Below, piece after piece: positions 1-8,480 of a stretch of DNA of 61,627 nucleotides. A program made the position numbers and the translations under genes. Position 1 is the first letter of the stretch; every line of letters starts with the position of its first letter. This stretch comes from an uncultured Planctomycetales bacterium (lineage in GTDB: Bacteria; Omnitrophota; Gorgyraeia; Gygaellales; Profunditerraquicolaceae): positions 1 to 61,627 of the forward strand of contig CAYHBB010000005.1 of NCBI GenBank assembly GCA_964354795.1, in the 5' to 3' direction. The notes beneath the pieces were generated by a model, which saw nothing but the letters and a program-made list of their open reading frames with translations, was not told the origin of the DNA and made no database searches.

Positions 1-4
1 CGCT

Positions 5-26
5 ACAGCCCTTGTCGGGCTGTTTT
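5..26 (+). terminator. Hairpin plus T-run at the window edge, possibly the terminator of an upstream plus-strand gene
   Basis: ACAGCCC-ttgtc-GGGCTGT followed by TTTT. Confidence 0.35.
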
Positions 27-74
27 ACGCTCGCTTGAGTGCACTTTAAAATTCCCTTATCGGGAATTTTAAAG

Positions 75-147
75 TGGAGCTGAGGGGATTTGAACCCCTG
101 ACCCCTTGCATGCCATGCAAGTGCTCTCCCAGCTGAGCTACAGCCCC
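75..147 (-). tRNA. tRNA-Ala (anticodon GGC)
   Basis: The reverse complement reads GGGGCTGTAGCTCAGCTGGGAGAGC...CTTGC-ATGGCAT-GCAAG...GGTTCAAATCC...CAGCTCCA. It has a G3:U70 pair and a 7-nt anticodon loop with GGC. CCA is not encoded. Confidence 0.9.
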
Positions 148-301
148 AATATCATTTTACTTCTAGTTGGGGCGCCCTGCCTAATTTCACTAGTCGAAGG
201 GCAGCCCCGAAGCTAATTTTAATTGCCTGAGGGGCGTCCCAAGTCATTTTACTTCAGGGGACAGCCCACCGCAATAATTCATTTACACGCTACGATATCT
301 A

Positions 302-330
302 TTGACCTTTGCTATTTTAGACTATAAAAT
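302..330 (+). promoter_or_regulatory. Sigma70-like promoter for tRNA-Leu
   Basis: TTGACC (302-307), a 17-nt spacer, then TAAAAT (325-330), about 27 nt upstream of the tRNA 5' end. Confidence 0.5.
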
Positions 331-356
331 AACTTACGTCAATAAATTAAATTCTT

Positions 357-439
357 GCCGGAGTGGCGGAATGGCAGACGCAGCAGCCTCAAAAGCTGCC
401 GAGGGCAACCTCATGGGGGTTCAAGTCCCTTCTCCGGCA
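357..439 (+). tRNA. tRNA-Leu (anticodon CAA), class II with a long variable arm
   Basis: Acceptor GCCGGAG/CTCCGGC, anticodon stem GCAGC/GCTGC with loop CTCAAAA, long variable arm, T-loop TTCAAGT. CCA is not encoded. Confidence 0.9.
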
Positions 440-446
440 CTTAATA

Positions 447-1112
447 ATGCCTACCTTTAATTCTTATAAGTGGACTCCGGAACTTGCATACATAGTAGGA
501 CTGATCACCACTGACGGATCTCTCTCAAAAGATAAAAGACATATTGATTTTACATCCACAGACCTGCAGTTATTAAGAACTTTCAGAAAATGCCTATCTT
601 TAAAAAACAGGATCTGCAGAAAATCAAATTCTCACAATCCCGAAAAGAAATATTACCATGTGCAGTTTGGAAATGTCAGGTTTTATAACTGGTTGCTAAG
701 TAAAGGGCTTAGATCAAATAAAACATACAATATAGGAAGAATCGATGTCCCAAAATCATACTTCAGAGATTTTCTACGGGGCCACATAGATGGGGATGGC
801 TCAATATTCACTTATGTCGACAGATATCTTGTGTACAAGAAAAAGCGGTATTCTTATAAAAGGCTCTATACTACCCTTAACTCAGCCAGCCCTAAACATT
901 TAAAGTGGATTCAAACAAATATAAAATTGCAATTAGGTATTAAAGGTGCCCTTGGTTCACACTTAAGAAAAAACAGAAAGTTTCCTGCCTGGAAACTAAG
1001 GTTTGCAAAGAATGACTCATTAAAACTTCTTGCTTGGATTTATTATAAAAACGACATCCCCTCATTAAACCGTAAAAGAAAAATAGCTGAACAGTTCTTA
1101 AATAACGCCTGA
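447..1112 (+). CDS. LAGLIDADG-family homing endonuclease (two motifs in a single chain)
   Basis: Motifs LAYIVGLITTDGSL and FLRGHIDGDGSI lie about 100 aa apart. The tracked ORF start at 363 lies inside tRNA-Leu, so the ATG at 447 was chosen. Confidence 0.8.
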   Translation: MPTFNSYKWTPELAYIVGLITTDGSLSKDKRHIDFTSTDLQLLRTFRKCLSLKNRICRKSNSHNPEKKYYHVQFGNVRFYNWLLSKGLRSNKTYNIGRIDVPKSYFRDFLRGHIDGDGSIFTYVDRYLVYKKKRYSYKRLYTTLNSASPKHLKWIQTNIKLQLGIKGALGSHLRKNRKFPAWKLRFAKNDSLKLLAWIYYKNDIPSLNRKRKIAEQFLNNA

Positions 1113-1113
1113 C

Positions 1114-1851
1114 TTACTTCCTCGTAATCACCAGCTTGCTCCACAAAGCCGGCATTTCCAGCTTAAGCGGCACCCTTTTCTCTTTATCCAGCTCCAGCAC
1201 AATCCTCTTGGGGCTGACCTCACAGACATAAAATTCTCTTTCCCCCTGGCTGGTTTGCCCCTTACGCAGTTCCTTTACCTTGATCTTTACTTTTTCTAAA
1301 GGCAAATTAAAATCCAACTGAGCCCCGATCTTATTCTCTAAAGCTAAAGGATAAATAAAAAACAGGCTGTGGGAATTGTGAATCGGAGGAGCCTGAGGGA
1401 TGATCCGATTTTTAATCTTGCCGCCTTTTTCCTGGATGACGTTCACCCAACCGTCTTTCTGGTTATACTCTTCGATTATATGCTCAGGCTTGCCGAAAAA
1501 CACCACGTCTCTTTCCACCCTTTGAGGTAGGCAGGTAGCGGCGTCGATATACACCGAATCCTTGCTGTCGATCCGGAATATATTCAAGACGTTGACTTTG
1601 GTGGTCACTACTACAAGATCCAGATTATCTTTGCGGCTGAGGTATTCAAAATCGATAGTACCGGCTTTAAGGCCGTTAAAAGTCACTTCGTAAGAAAGCT
1701 TCTCTCCCGGGCTGATAGGAAGCTGCTGCGGGATGGTTTCCGTGACTGAGGGGTTATTCTCCTTAAAATTACGAAGACCGCAGAATAATGCTCCGCTTAT
1801 AAGCGCAGCGCATAAAAGGATAAAAGCCAAAAGGATAGATCTTTGCCGCAA
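1114..1851 (-). CDS. Signal-anchored hypothetical protein, DUF3108-like
   Basis: N-terminal hydrophobic signal or anchor. The beta-rich composition resembles DUF3108. The family assignment is from memory only. Confidence 0.35.
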   Translation of the reverse strand: MRQRSILLAFILLCAALISGALFCGLRNFKENNPSVTETIPQQLPISPGEKLSYEVTFNGLKAGTIDFEYLSRKDNLDLVVVTTKVNVLNIFRIDSKDSVYIDAATCLPQRVERDVVFFGKPEHIIEEYNQKDGWVNVIQEKGGKIKNRIIPQAPPIHNSHSLFFIYPLALENKIGAQLDFNLPLEKVKIKVKELRKGQTSQGEREFYVCEVSPKRIVLELDKEKRVPLKLEMPALWSKLVITRK

Positions 1852-1854
1852 ATC

Positions 1855-2460
1855 TTACTCCTTATTTTCTTTAAGATAGGGCTTTATGGCGTTATAAATC
1901 CTGCCGGCGATAACCGTATAACCGCTAGCGTTAGGATGCAGAAAGTCGCTTTTCATGGAAGGGTTGGTAAGGATTCCATTAAGTATCGCCGGGACGAATA
2001 TCACCCCTTCTTCCCGGGCCAACTTCCTAAAGGCGAGGCGGTAGTCCCTCAAAAAGAACCCCGCGCTGATATCCACCAGCGCCACTATCGCCCCCTTTTC
2101 CTGGCTCTTACGTATGATCTGGCGCAGGTTGCGGATTGTGGCCTCCATCGGAACCTTCTTTATAAAATCATTTCCGCAAAACTCAACAATTACTAAGTAG
2201 GGATCCTTATCTAATACGTCCTCCTGCAAGCGCCTGAAAGCAAGAATAGTAGTATCTCCGTCCACTCCGGAATTGATCACCGGCATACGCACATATTTCT
2301 TAAGAGCAGTGGGATAGTCTTCCGCCGGGGCTGCGCCATAACCAAAGGTCAGGCTGTCGCCGAAACAGATTATCTCTTTACCCTTAGCTGTGCCGGCATT
2401 CTTAATCTCTTGTTTAGCGCAGCCAAAAAATAATCCCGCCGCCAGGAGACAAACAACCAT
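1855..2460 (-). CDS. SGNH/GDSL esterase-lipase (TesA-like) lipoprotein
   Basis: FGDSLTFGYG (block I), SGVDGDT, CGNDF, and a lipobox LFFGC. The tracked ORF extends to 2604 only by translating the family A repeat, so the ATG at 2460 was chosen. Confidence 0.75.
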   Translation of the reverse strand: MVVCLLAAGLFFGCAKQEIKNAGTAKGKEIICFGDSLTFGYGAAPAEDYPTALKKYVRMPVINSGVDGDTTILAFRRLQEDVLDKDPYLVIVEFCGNDFIKKVPMEATIRNLRQIIRKSQEKGAIVALVDISAGFFLRDYRLAFRKLAREEGVIFVPAILNGILTNPSMKSDFLHPNASGYTVIAGRIYNAIKPYLKENKE

Positions 2461-2463
2461 CGC

Positions 2464-2590
2464 TTGACACCCTGACACCCACTTGAGTTTTCCGGTCCTT
2501 GACACCCCCTGCAATTTTACGAACCGCTGATACCCGCATAATTTTCCGGAGCTTTGACACCCACTTGAGTTTTCCGGTCCTTTGACACCC
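2464..2590. repeat. Family A tandem repeat array, locus 1 (27/28-nt units)
   Basis: TGACAC(C/T)C octamers start at 2465, 2473, 2500, 2528, 2555 and 2583. The unit is TGACACCCACTTGAGTTTTCCGGTCC(T)T. The array fills the whole gap between rlmN and the SGNH gene. Confidence 0.9.
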
Positions 2591-3616
2591 TTATCTTTTC
2601 TCATACTTAAGCCTCAGTTGCCCACACGCAGCGTCGATATCCTGGCCGCGGGACTTACGCAAAGTCACCTGGATCCCTTGCTTGATCAGGTAATCCTTGA
2701 AATACAAGACCTCCAACTTCCCCGGCGGCTGGACATTCATCTCTTTGATGGGATTAGAAGGAATAAGGTTTACCTTGGCTAAACGTAACGGCTTTAATAT
2801 TTTAGCCAAATCCTTGACACTTTGCAAATCCGAATTAAATCCTTTGATCAAAACATACTCAAAAGTGATCTGGCGGTCGGTCTTTTTGATATAATCCTGA
2901 CATGCGGCCATCAACGCTTTAAGCGGATACTTCTTGTTCACCGGCATAAACCGAGAGCGGATTAAATCACTCGCGGCATGCAAGGAAATGGATAGCTCTA
3001 TCTGCAATTTTTCCTGCGCCAGCTTTTTCATTGCGGGAATCACCCCGCATGTGGATATCGTGATCCGGCGCGCGCCTATCCCAATTCCGTCAGGAGAATT
3101 GATCACCCTGATCGCCTTCAGGACTTCATCATAATTATCCAGTGGCTCGCCTGTGCCCATAAAAACTATATGCGTAAGTTTTTTTACGAAGTTCAGAAGC
3201 AGTATCTCTTCCAGAATTTCCCCGCTGGCCAGATTACGCTTAAACCCCGATTGCCCGCTGGCGCAAAAAGTGCAAGCGTACTTACACCCCACCTGGCTGG
3301 ATATGCAACCGGTCACCCTGCCTTCAGCCGGAATAATCACTGCCTCAATTAGATTTGCATCAGGCAGCCGGATGAGGAATTTCTGAGTCCCGTCTATAGA
3401 ATCTTGCTGCTTGGCGATCTTTGACCCCAAAATAAAGAAATTATCTTCTAGGTGTTTGCGCAAGCCAACGGAAAGATCGCTCATCACAGAAAAATCCCGC
3501 GCGCCTAATTTAAAGATCCAGTTGAATATCTGCTTGGCGTTATATCCAGGCGCGCCCCAGCCCTTAAGAATGGCCTGCAATTCAATAATATTGAGATTTT
3601 TTAAGTCCTGCTGCAT
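2591..3616 (-). CDS. rlmN: 23S rRNA/tRNA adenine-C2 methyltransferase RlmN (radical SAM)
   Basis: CKYACTFCASG radical SAM motif and RlmN/Cfr-type N- and C-terminal architecture, including the conserved C-terminal Cys (DIDAACGQL). Confidence 0.85.
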   Translation of the reverse strand: MQQDLKNLNIIELQAILKGWGAPGYNAKQIFNWIFKLGARDFSVMSDLSVGLRKHLEDNFFILGSKIAKQQDSIDGTQKFLIRLPDANLIEAVIIPAEGRVTGCISSQVGCKYACTFCASGQSGFKRNLASGEILEEILLLNFVKKLTHIVFMGTGEPLDNYDEVLKAIRVINSPDGIGIGARRITISTCGVIPAMKKLAQEKLQIELSISLHAASDLIRSRFMPVNKKYPLKALMAACQDYIKKTDRQITFEYVLIKGFNSDLQSVKDLAKILKPLRLAKVNLIPSNPIKEMNVQPPGKLEVLYFKDYLIKQGIQVTLRKSRGQDIDAACGQLRLKYEKR

Positions 3617-3644
3617 GATTGTTCTAAAGGGTTATTGCGAAGGG

Positions 3645-5186
3645 TTAGGAAACCGCGACTTTCAGCTTCTCTTTATCGATTTTTCCGACCCGGTTCTTGG
3701 GAAGGACCTTGGTAAACTCAAAATGATGGGGTATTTTAAAATGGGCCAGGTGCTGACGCAGAAATTCACGCAGCTCCTCCTTTTCCAACACTTCTCCCTC
3801 TTTTAACACAACGAAAGCCTTAGGCACCTCACCGCGCATGGTATCCGCGATGCCGATGACCGCCACTTCGCTTATCTTAGGATGGCGGTGGATGACTTCT
3901 TCCACCTCAGAGGAAAAGACTATTTCACCGGCCACTTTGATCATGTCTTTGATCCTGCCTACGATAGAACACCGGCCGCGCGTGTCAAAACGAGCCACAT
4001 CTCCGGTCCTTAGCCATCCATCACTAGTAATAGCCTGCTTAGTGAGCTCCGGCTCCTTGTAGTATCCGACCATCACGCACTTGCCTTTGATCCACAGTTC
4101 TCCGTCTTCATCCGGACCAAGAGTGTTGCCGTTATCGCCCACGATCTTTGCCTGGCTTTGGGGAGCAAATTCTCCGGTGTGCGGGATCTCCCGGGTATTG
4201 GTGCCGGTAGCAAAAAAGGCGTTGGGTGCAGCGGTCTCAGTCATGCCCCATCCGTTTAAAAGATAGGCATTCGGGCACTGCCTGTGAAAACGCTCCAATA
4301 ACACCGGTGAAGAAGGCGCGCCGAAAACCACGGCATAGCGTAATGACAATAGATCGAACTTATCGTATTCTTTCAATGATAAAACCGCCACATACATCGA
4401 CGGGACAATGACAAAAATACTGATCTTGTGTTTCTCAATGGTCTTTAGAAACTCAAAAGGCTGGAAGCGCTCCATCAAAACCATGGTCATGCCTGAATTC
4501 AACATCAAGAGCACATGATCCAGGCCACCCAGATGAGAAAAAGGGATCGCCGCGCACAAAAGCACATCTTTGTCGCTTAAAGAAATAAAATACTCAAAAG
4601 TATCCAGCGGATTCTTAAGGTGGCCGTAATTAAGCAGTACACCCTTGGGATGGCCGGTAGAGCCGGAGGTGTAAAAAATCGAGGAGTGGTCCAGTTCACT
4701 GATGTTCTTTTCGCAAGCCCCGGGATTCGTAGCTTTAGCGCTGAATTCCTTATCCCAGAAAAGGAAATCCCGCTCATTAAGATTCTGGGCCTCCCCCACC
4801 TCGAATAAGATGACCTCTTTTAAAGATGGACATTTATTCTTTACGTTCATTAAATCAATACTCTTTTTCCCTTGGGCAATAAGGACTTTGCTTTCGCTGT
4901 GATTGATAAAATTGATCACTTCCTCCTCGGTAAGCATGAAATCCAGCGGCACCGCTATACCGCGCAAGAGAAAAATACCCAGGAAGCTGTAAATATATTC
5001 GGGAATATTGGGAAGAAAGATAGCGACTTTATCGGATCTTTTAACTCCGAGTGAAGATAGGCCGCTTGCGACAGAAAGAGCCTGTTCCTTAAGCGCCCTA
5101 AAGGTGATTGCGGAGTCGCGAAAGAGTATAGCCGGCTTATCGCAATACTTGCCAGCCTGTTTTTCTAAAAGCCCAAGGAAGTCCAT
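3645..5186 (-). CDS. AMP-dependent acyl-CoA synthetase/ligase
   Basis: YTSGSTGHPKGV AMP-binding motif, plus GWLRTGD and PKNRVGKIDK at the C-terminus. Confidence 0.85.
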   Translation of the reverse strand: MDFLGLLEKQAGKYCDKPAILFRDSAITFRALKEQALSVASGLSSLGVKRSDKVAIFLPNIPEYIYSFLGIFLLRGIAVPLDFMLTEEEVINFINHSESKVLIAQGKKSIDLMNVKNKCPSLKEVILFEVGEAQNLNERDFLFWDKEFSAKATNPGACEKNISELDHSSIFYTSGSTGHPKGVLLNYGHLKNPLDTFEYFISLSDKDVLLCAAIPFSHLGGLDHVLLMLNSGMTMVLMERFQPFEFLKTIEKHKISIFVIVPSMYVAVLSLKEYDKFDLLSLRYAVVFGAPSSPVLLERFHRQCPNAYLLNGWGMTETAAPNAFFATGTNTREIPHTGEFAPQSQAKIVGDNGNTLGPDEDGELWIKGKCVMVGYYKEPELTKQAITSDGWLRTGDVARFDTRGRCSIVGRIKDMIKVAGEIVFSSEVEEVIHRHPKISEVAVIGIADTMRGEVPKAFVVLKEGEVLEKEELREFLRQHLAHFKIPHHFEFTKVLPKNRVGKIDKEKLKVAVS

Positions 5187-5241
5187 AGGTCAAATTCTAC
5201 TAGTCTTTAAGGAGAGTGTCAAGGGGTTTGAAGCGGAAGAA

Positions 5242-5781
5242 TTACTGTGCTTTAACGAACCTGGTATAGCGCATGTCTTGATCCGTATAGATAATGGTTT
5301 CCAAGTCTGGGTAATACTTGAGGATAGCCTGACGGATATCGGACTCCGCAGTATGATACAATTTCTGATTGGAAATAAAGCTGATATTGCCGGCAGCATC
5401 CTTCCAGACACAAACGGCATGGGAAATGGAAATGCCTCTGAATTTTAAAATCACTACATCGCTCTTAATGCCGATCTCTTTTAATATCGCCTGAGCCAAG
5501 ACGGCAAAATCATCGCAATCTCCCTTCTTAAGCTTAATGATCTCTTCAGGCGCCTGCCAGCCGTCACCCATGGCGAACTCATAGCGAACATTGCTGCTCA
5601 ACCATCCAGCCAGCGCTTCCGGAGTCTTGACTCTCGAAGCTATGTCAACCAGCGACAGACTTTGCGCCGCCATGCTTAAACCTAAAAGCGCAAAAAATAT
5701 AACCAGGCAAATCACCGCTACCCGCACCAAATTGTTGATGAATTTTATCTTCATAAAGAAAGCGTTTTCTTTTTTTTCCAT
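5242..5781 (-). CDS. Transglutaminase-like (BTLCP/LapG-type) cysteine peptidase, secreted
   Basis: GDCDDFA Cys motif followed by SHAVCVW (His), with an N-terminal TM or signal segment. The start may be the internal ATG at 5754. Confidence 0.5.
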   Translation of the reverse strand: MEKKENAFFMKIKFINNLVRVAVICLVIFFALLGLSMAAQSLSLVDIASRVKTPEALAGWLSSNVRYEFAMGDGWQAPEEIIKLKKGDCDDFAVLAQAILKEIGIKSDVVILKFRGISISHAVCVWKDAAGNISFISNQKLYHTAESDIRQAILKYYPDLETIIYTDQDMRYTRFVKAQ

Positions 5782-5911
5782 AAAAAACCACGTTCAAAAG
5801 GGCATATTCTGACCCTTCATCCCGTGGCATGGATGAAACGTGCTACCTCCACAAATCAGAATAAGTATACATTATTTATTACCGGATTTCAAGGCGGGGA
5901 AGAAAGATTTT

Positions 5912-7402
5912 TTAGAATCCGTACCAGTAATTGACCAGGGGTTTTGCGTCCTTGGTTTTATCGACGATAACATCCTTAAGGCGGGTGTATTCGAGGAAGC
6001 CTTCCTTGCCTAACTCCTTGCCAAAACCGCTCTGCTTAAAGCCGCCGTAAGGCAGCTCATTGAAAAACATCCCGTAGGTGTTGACCCAGACAGTACCGGC
6101 ATTAAGCTGCCTGGAAATTTCCGCGGCTTTTACCTCATCCTTAGTCCAGACGCAGGCAGCCAAAGCAAAATCTGTCGCGTTTGCCAGGGATATTGCCTCA
6201 TCTAGCTTTACGAACTTACTAATGCAAACCACCGGACCGAAAACCTCTTCCTTAAATATGTTGGATTGAGGATTGACCTCCGTAATCACTGTCGGCTCAA
6301 AAAAGAATCCATTCTTAAGGGGCTCTGCTACAGGGACCTTGCCTCCGCAGATTATCCTGGCGTCATCTTTCTTGGCCTGCTCCAAATACGCCATAACCCG
6401 TTTACGCTGACTATCAGAAATCAACGGCCCCATCTGGGTTTCAAAATCCCCTCCTACCCCAAGTTTTATCCTCTGGGCCTTATTGGCGAAGTCATTAACG
6501 AACTGATCATATATATCCGCTTCAACCAAAATGCGCGACATAGCTGTACACATCTGGCCCTGGTTCAGAAATATCGAACAAAGCGAGCTATTCACCGCTG
6601 CCTCAATATCCGCGTCATTACAGATGATGCTTGCTGATTTTCCTCCCAGCTCCATGATCAGCTTCTTGACGTTTTCAGAAGTGTATTCCAGTATTTTCTT
6701 ACCCACCTCATTACTTCCGGTGAATGAGATCATATCCACCCGCTTATCCGCACAAAGGGCCTTGCCGATTTTCTCACCGCTACCCACGATCACATTGACC
6801 ACGCCATTGGGAAGCCCAGCGTCTTTGATGATCTGGGCTAACTCCAAAACGCTTAAAGGTGTCAGACTCGATGGCTTAAGCACAACAGTGTTTCCGGCAG
6901 CTAAAGCTTGAGCCAGTTTCCAACAGGCGATCAACAAAGGATAGTTCCAGGGCACGATCAAGACAACTACGCCCAAAGGTTCGCGTAAAAGTTGAGCCTG
7001 AACTTGGGCGATTTGCGTCGAAACATTCTTAGTCTCTGATTTAAGAAACTTTTCTAAATTCTCGGCAAAGTAGCGGAATGTTTCCGCCGCCGAGGGAATA
7101 TCCATAAAAGTAGATTCCTTGATCGGCTTTCCGGTGTTTAAGGTCTCAAGGTTTGCCAACTCTCCTGCTTTATCCAGGATGCCCTGCGAGATCTTTAAGA
7201 GAAAATCTTTACGCTCTCCCAGGCTTAAGCCGGTCCAATCCTTATTGTCAAAGGCAATACACGCAGCGCTCACTGCAGAAAGCACATCGTACTCCGAGGC
7301 CAGAGAGACTTCGGCAATCACCTCTCCTGTCGAGGGGTTGACTACCTTCTGCAACTCTTCGCTTTCCTTAAATTCCCCGTTTATAAATAATTTTGTATTC
7401 AT
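5912..7402 (-). CDS. NAD(P)-dependent aldehyde dehydrogenase
   Basis: ELGGKS, FLNQGQMCTA (catalytic Cys) and VPWNYP motifs. Confidence 0.9.
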   Translation of the reverse strand: MNTKLFINGEFKESEELQKVVNPSTGEVIAEVSLASEYDVLSAVSAACIAFDNKDWTGLSLGERKDFLLKISQGILDKAGELANLETLNTGKPIKESTFMDIPSAAETFRYFAENLEKFLKSETKNVSTQIAQVQAQLLREPLGVVVLIVPWNYPLLIACWKLAQALAAGNTVVLKPSSLTPLSVLELAQIIKDAGLPNGVVNVIVGSGEKIGKALCADKRVDMISFTGSNEVGKKILEYTSENVKKLIMELGGKSASIICNDADIEAAVNSSLCSIFLNQGQMCTAMSRILVEADIYDQFVNDFANKAQRIKLGVGGDFETQMGPLISDSQRKRVMAYLEQAKKDDARIICGGKVPVAEPLKNGFFFEPTVITEVNPQSNIFKEEVFGPVVCISKFVKLDEAISLANATDFALAACVWTKDEVKAAEISRQLNAGTVWVNTYGMFFNELPYGGFKQSGFGKELGKEGFLEYTRLKDVIVDKTKDAKPLVNYWYGF

Positions 7403-7451
7403 TTTTAGTTCTCCTTTTCCGCCTGAGAGGCGGAATCGGCATATTTAATGA

Positions 7452-8480
7452 TCAGGATTTATGCGGCTCGACGATCACTTTGATGCATTCCCTCCCCGAA
7501 GCCATAAGCGCAAAACCAAGGCCTGCCTCTTTAAGGCTTAAACGGTGAGTGATCAGCTTATGCACAGGTATTTTTCCAGCGCCAAGCAAATCTACCGCCG
7601 CGGCTAAATCCGAGGGACTGGCTCCGTAAGAATGCATGATCCTTATGCTCTGGCGCCAGAAATCGTTTACCGGGATAGGCAGGCTTATTCCGGGGTCTGT
7701 CGGAGCAAAAAACAACAACGTGCCTGCGCGGTCAACGCATTGTAATGCCTGCTGAAAAGCCGAGAAGCTGGAAGCACAAACAATCACCAGGTCCGCAAGC
7801 CTTCCTTCGTTTGCCTCTCGCAGCCTGGCAACCAGGTCATCTTTGGCGTTGAGGGCGTCATCAGCCCCTAATTCTTTGGCCGCCTTTAGCCGGTATTCAT
7901 TTATATCCGTGATGATCACGCGCTCGACCCCTTGCGCGACCGCTGTTAAAAGATGGAGTAACCCGGAAATTCCCGCTCCCAGGATAAGCACAGTCTGACC
8001 GGGTCCAAGGCGCGCCATTTTCTGGCCGCGCAATACGCAGGCTAAAGGCTCGATAAAAGTCCCGTCTTCAAAAGATACCCCCTCCGGCAGTAAAAATACT
8101 CCGCGCTCCACATTGATCTGCGGGACACGGATATATTCCGAGAAACCTCCGGGATAATAGTTTGTGGTATGCAGTGTTTGGCAAACGGTGTGGTTGCCGC
8201 TTAAGCAATAGCGGCAACTATTGCAAGGCACATGATGCGAAACAAATACCCTGTCCCCGGCCTTATAGCCCCTGACATCCTTTCCCGCTTCCACAATCTC
8301 TCCGGTGATCTCATGTCCCAGGACAAGAGGGGCTCTTTTTACCCGATACCATTCCATACAATCGCTGCCGCAGATGCCGCTGGCTTTTACCTTGACCAGC
8401 AATTCTCCGGGACCGATCTGAGGCTTAGGGATTTCTTCTAAGCGGACATCATTATTCCTGTAATACATTGCCACATACAT
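7452..8480 (-). CDS. Zinc-dependent alcohol dehydrogenase (MDR family)
   Basis: GICGSDCMEW, GHEITGEIVEAG, a structural-zinc Cys cluster CNSCRYC, and GAGISG Rossmann motif. The start may be the ATG at 8468. Confidence 0.85.
   Translation of the reverse strand: MYVAMYYRNNDVRLEEIPKPQIGPGELLVKVKASGICGSDCMEWYRVKRAPLVLGHEITGEIVEAGKDVRGYKAGDRVFVSHHVPCNSCRYCLSGNHTVCQTLHTTNYYPGGFSEYIRVPQINVERGVFLLPEGVSFEDGTFIEPLACVLRGQKMARLGPGQTVLILGAGISGLLHLLTAVAQGVERVIITDINEYRLKAAKELGADDALNAKDDLVARLREANEGRLADLVIVCASSFSAFQQALQCVDRAGTLLFFAPTDPGISLPIPVNDFWRQSIRIMHSYGASPSDLAAAVDLLGAGKIPVHKLITHRLSLKEAGLGFALMASGRECIKVIVEPHKS

Noticed and set aside
357-439. A possible group I intron or split tRNA-Leu hosting the LAGLIDADG ORF.
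   Set aside because: The tRNA is contiguous, with an intact anticodon stem-loop and acceptor stem. The ORF lies entirely downstream.
363-446. The tracked ORF starts at 363 (MAEWQTQQPQ...), upstream of the LAGLIDADG domain.
   Set aside because: This stretch is the tRNA-Leu gene read as protein. The first ATG after the tRNA (447) precedes the first LAGLIDADG motif.
2464-2590. Family A arrays as a CRISPR array.
   Set aside because: Units abut directly (27/28-nt period) with no unique spacers. No cas genes or leader are present. Two arrays lie inside an intact ORF.
2461-2604. N-terminal extension of the SGNH ORF (MRKDKGVKGPENSSGCQ...). Similar extensions occur at 12079-12174, 24008-24049, 32637-32696 and 34697-34783.
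   Set aside because: The extensions are translations of family A or B repeats or leaders, whose gene-sense frames happen to be open. Internal ATGs with SD sequences and proper signal peptides give sensible proteins.
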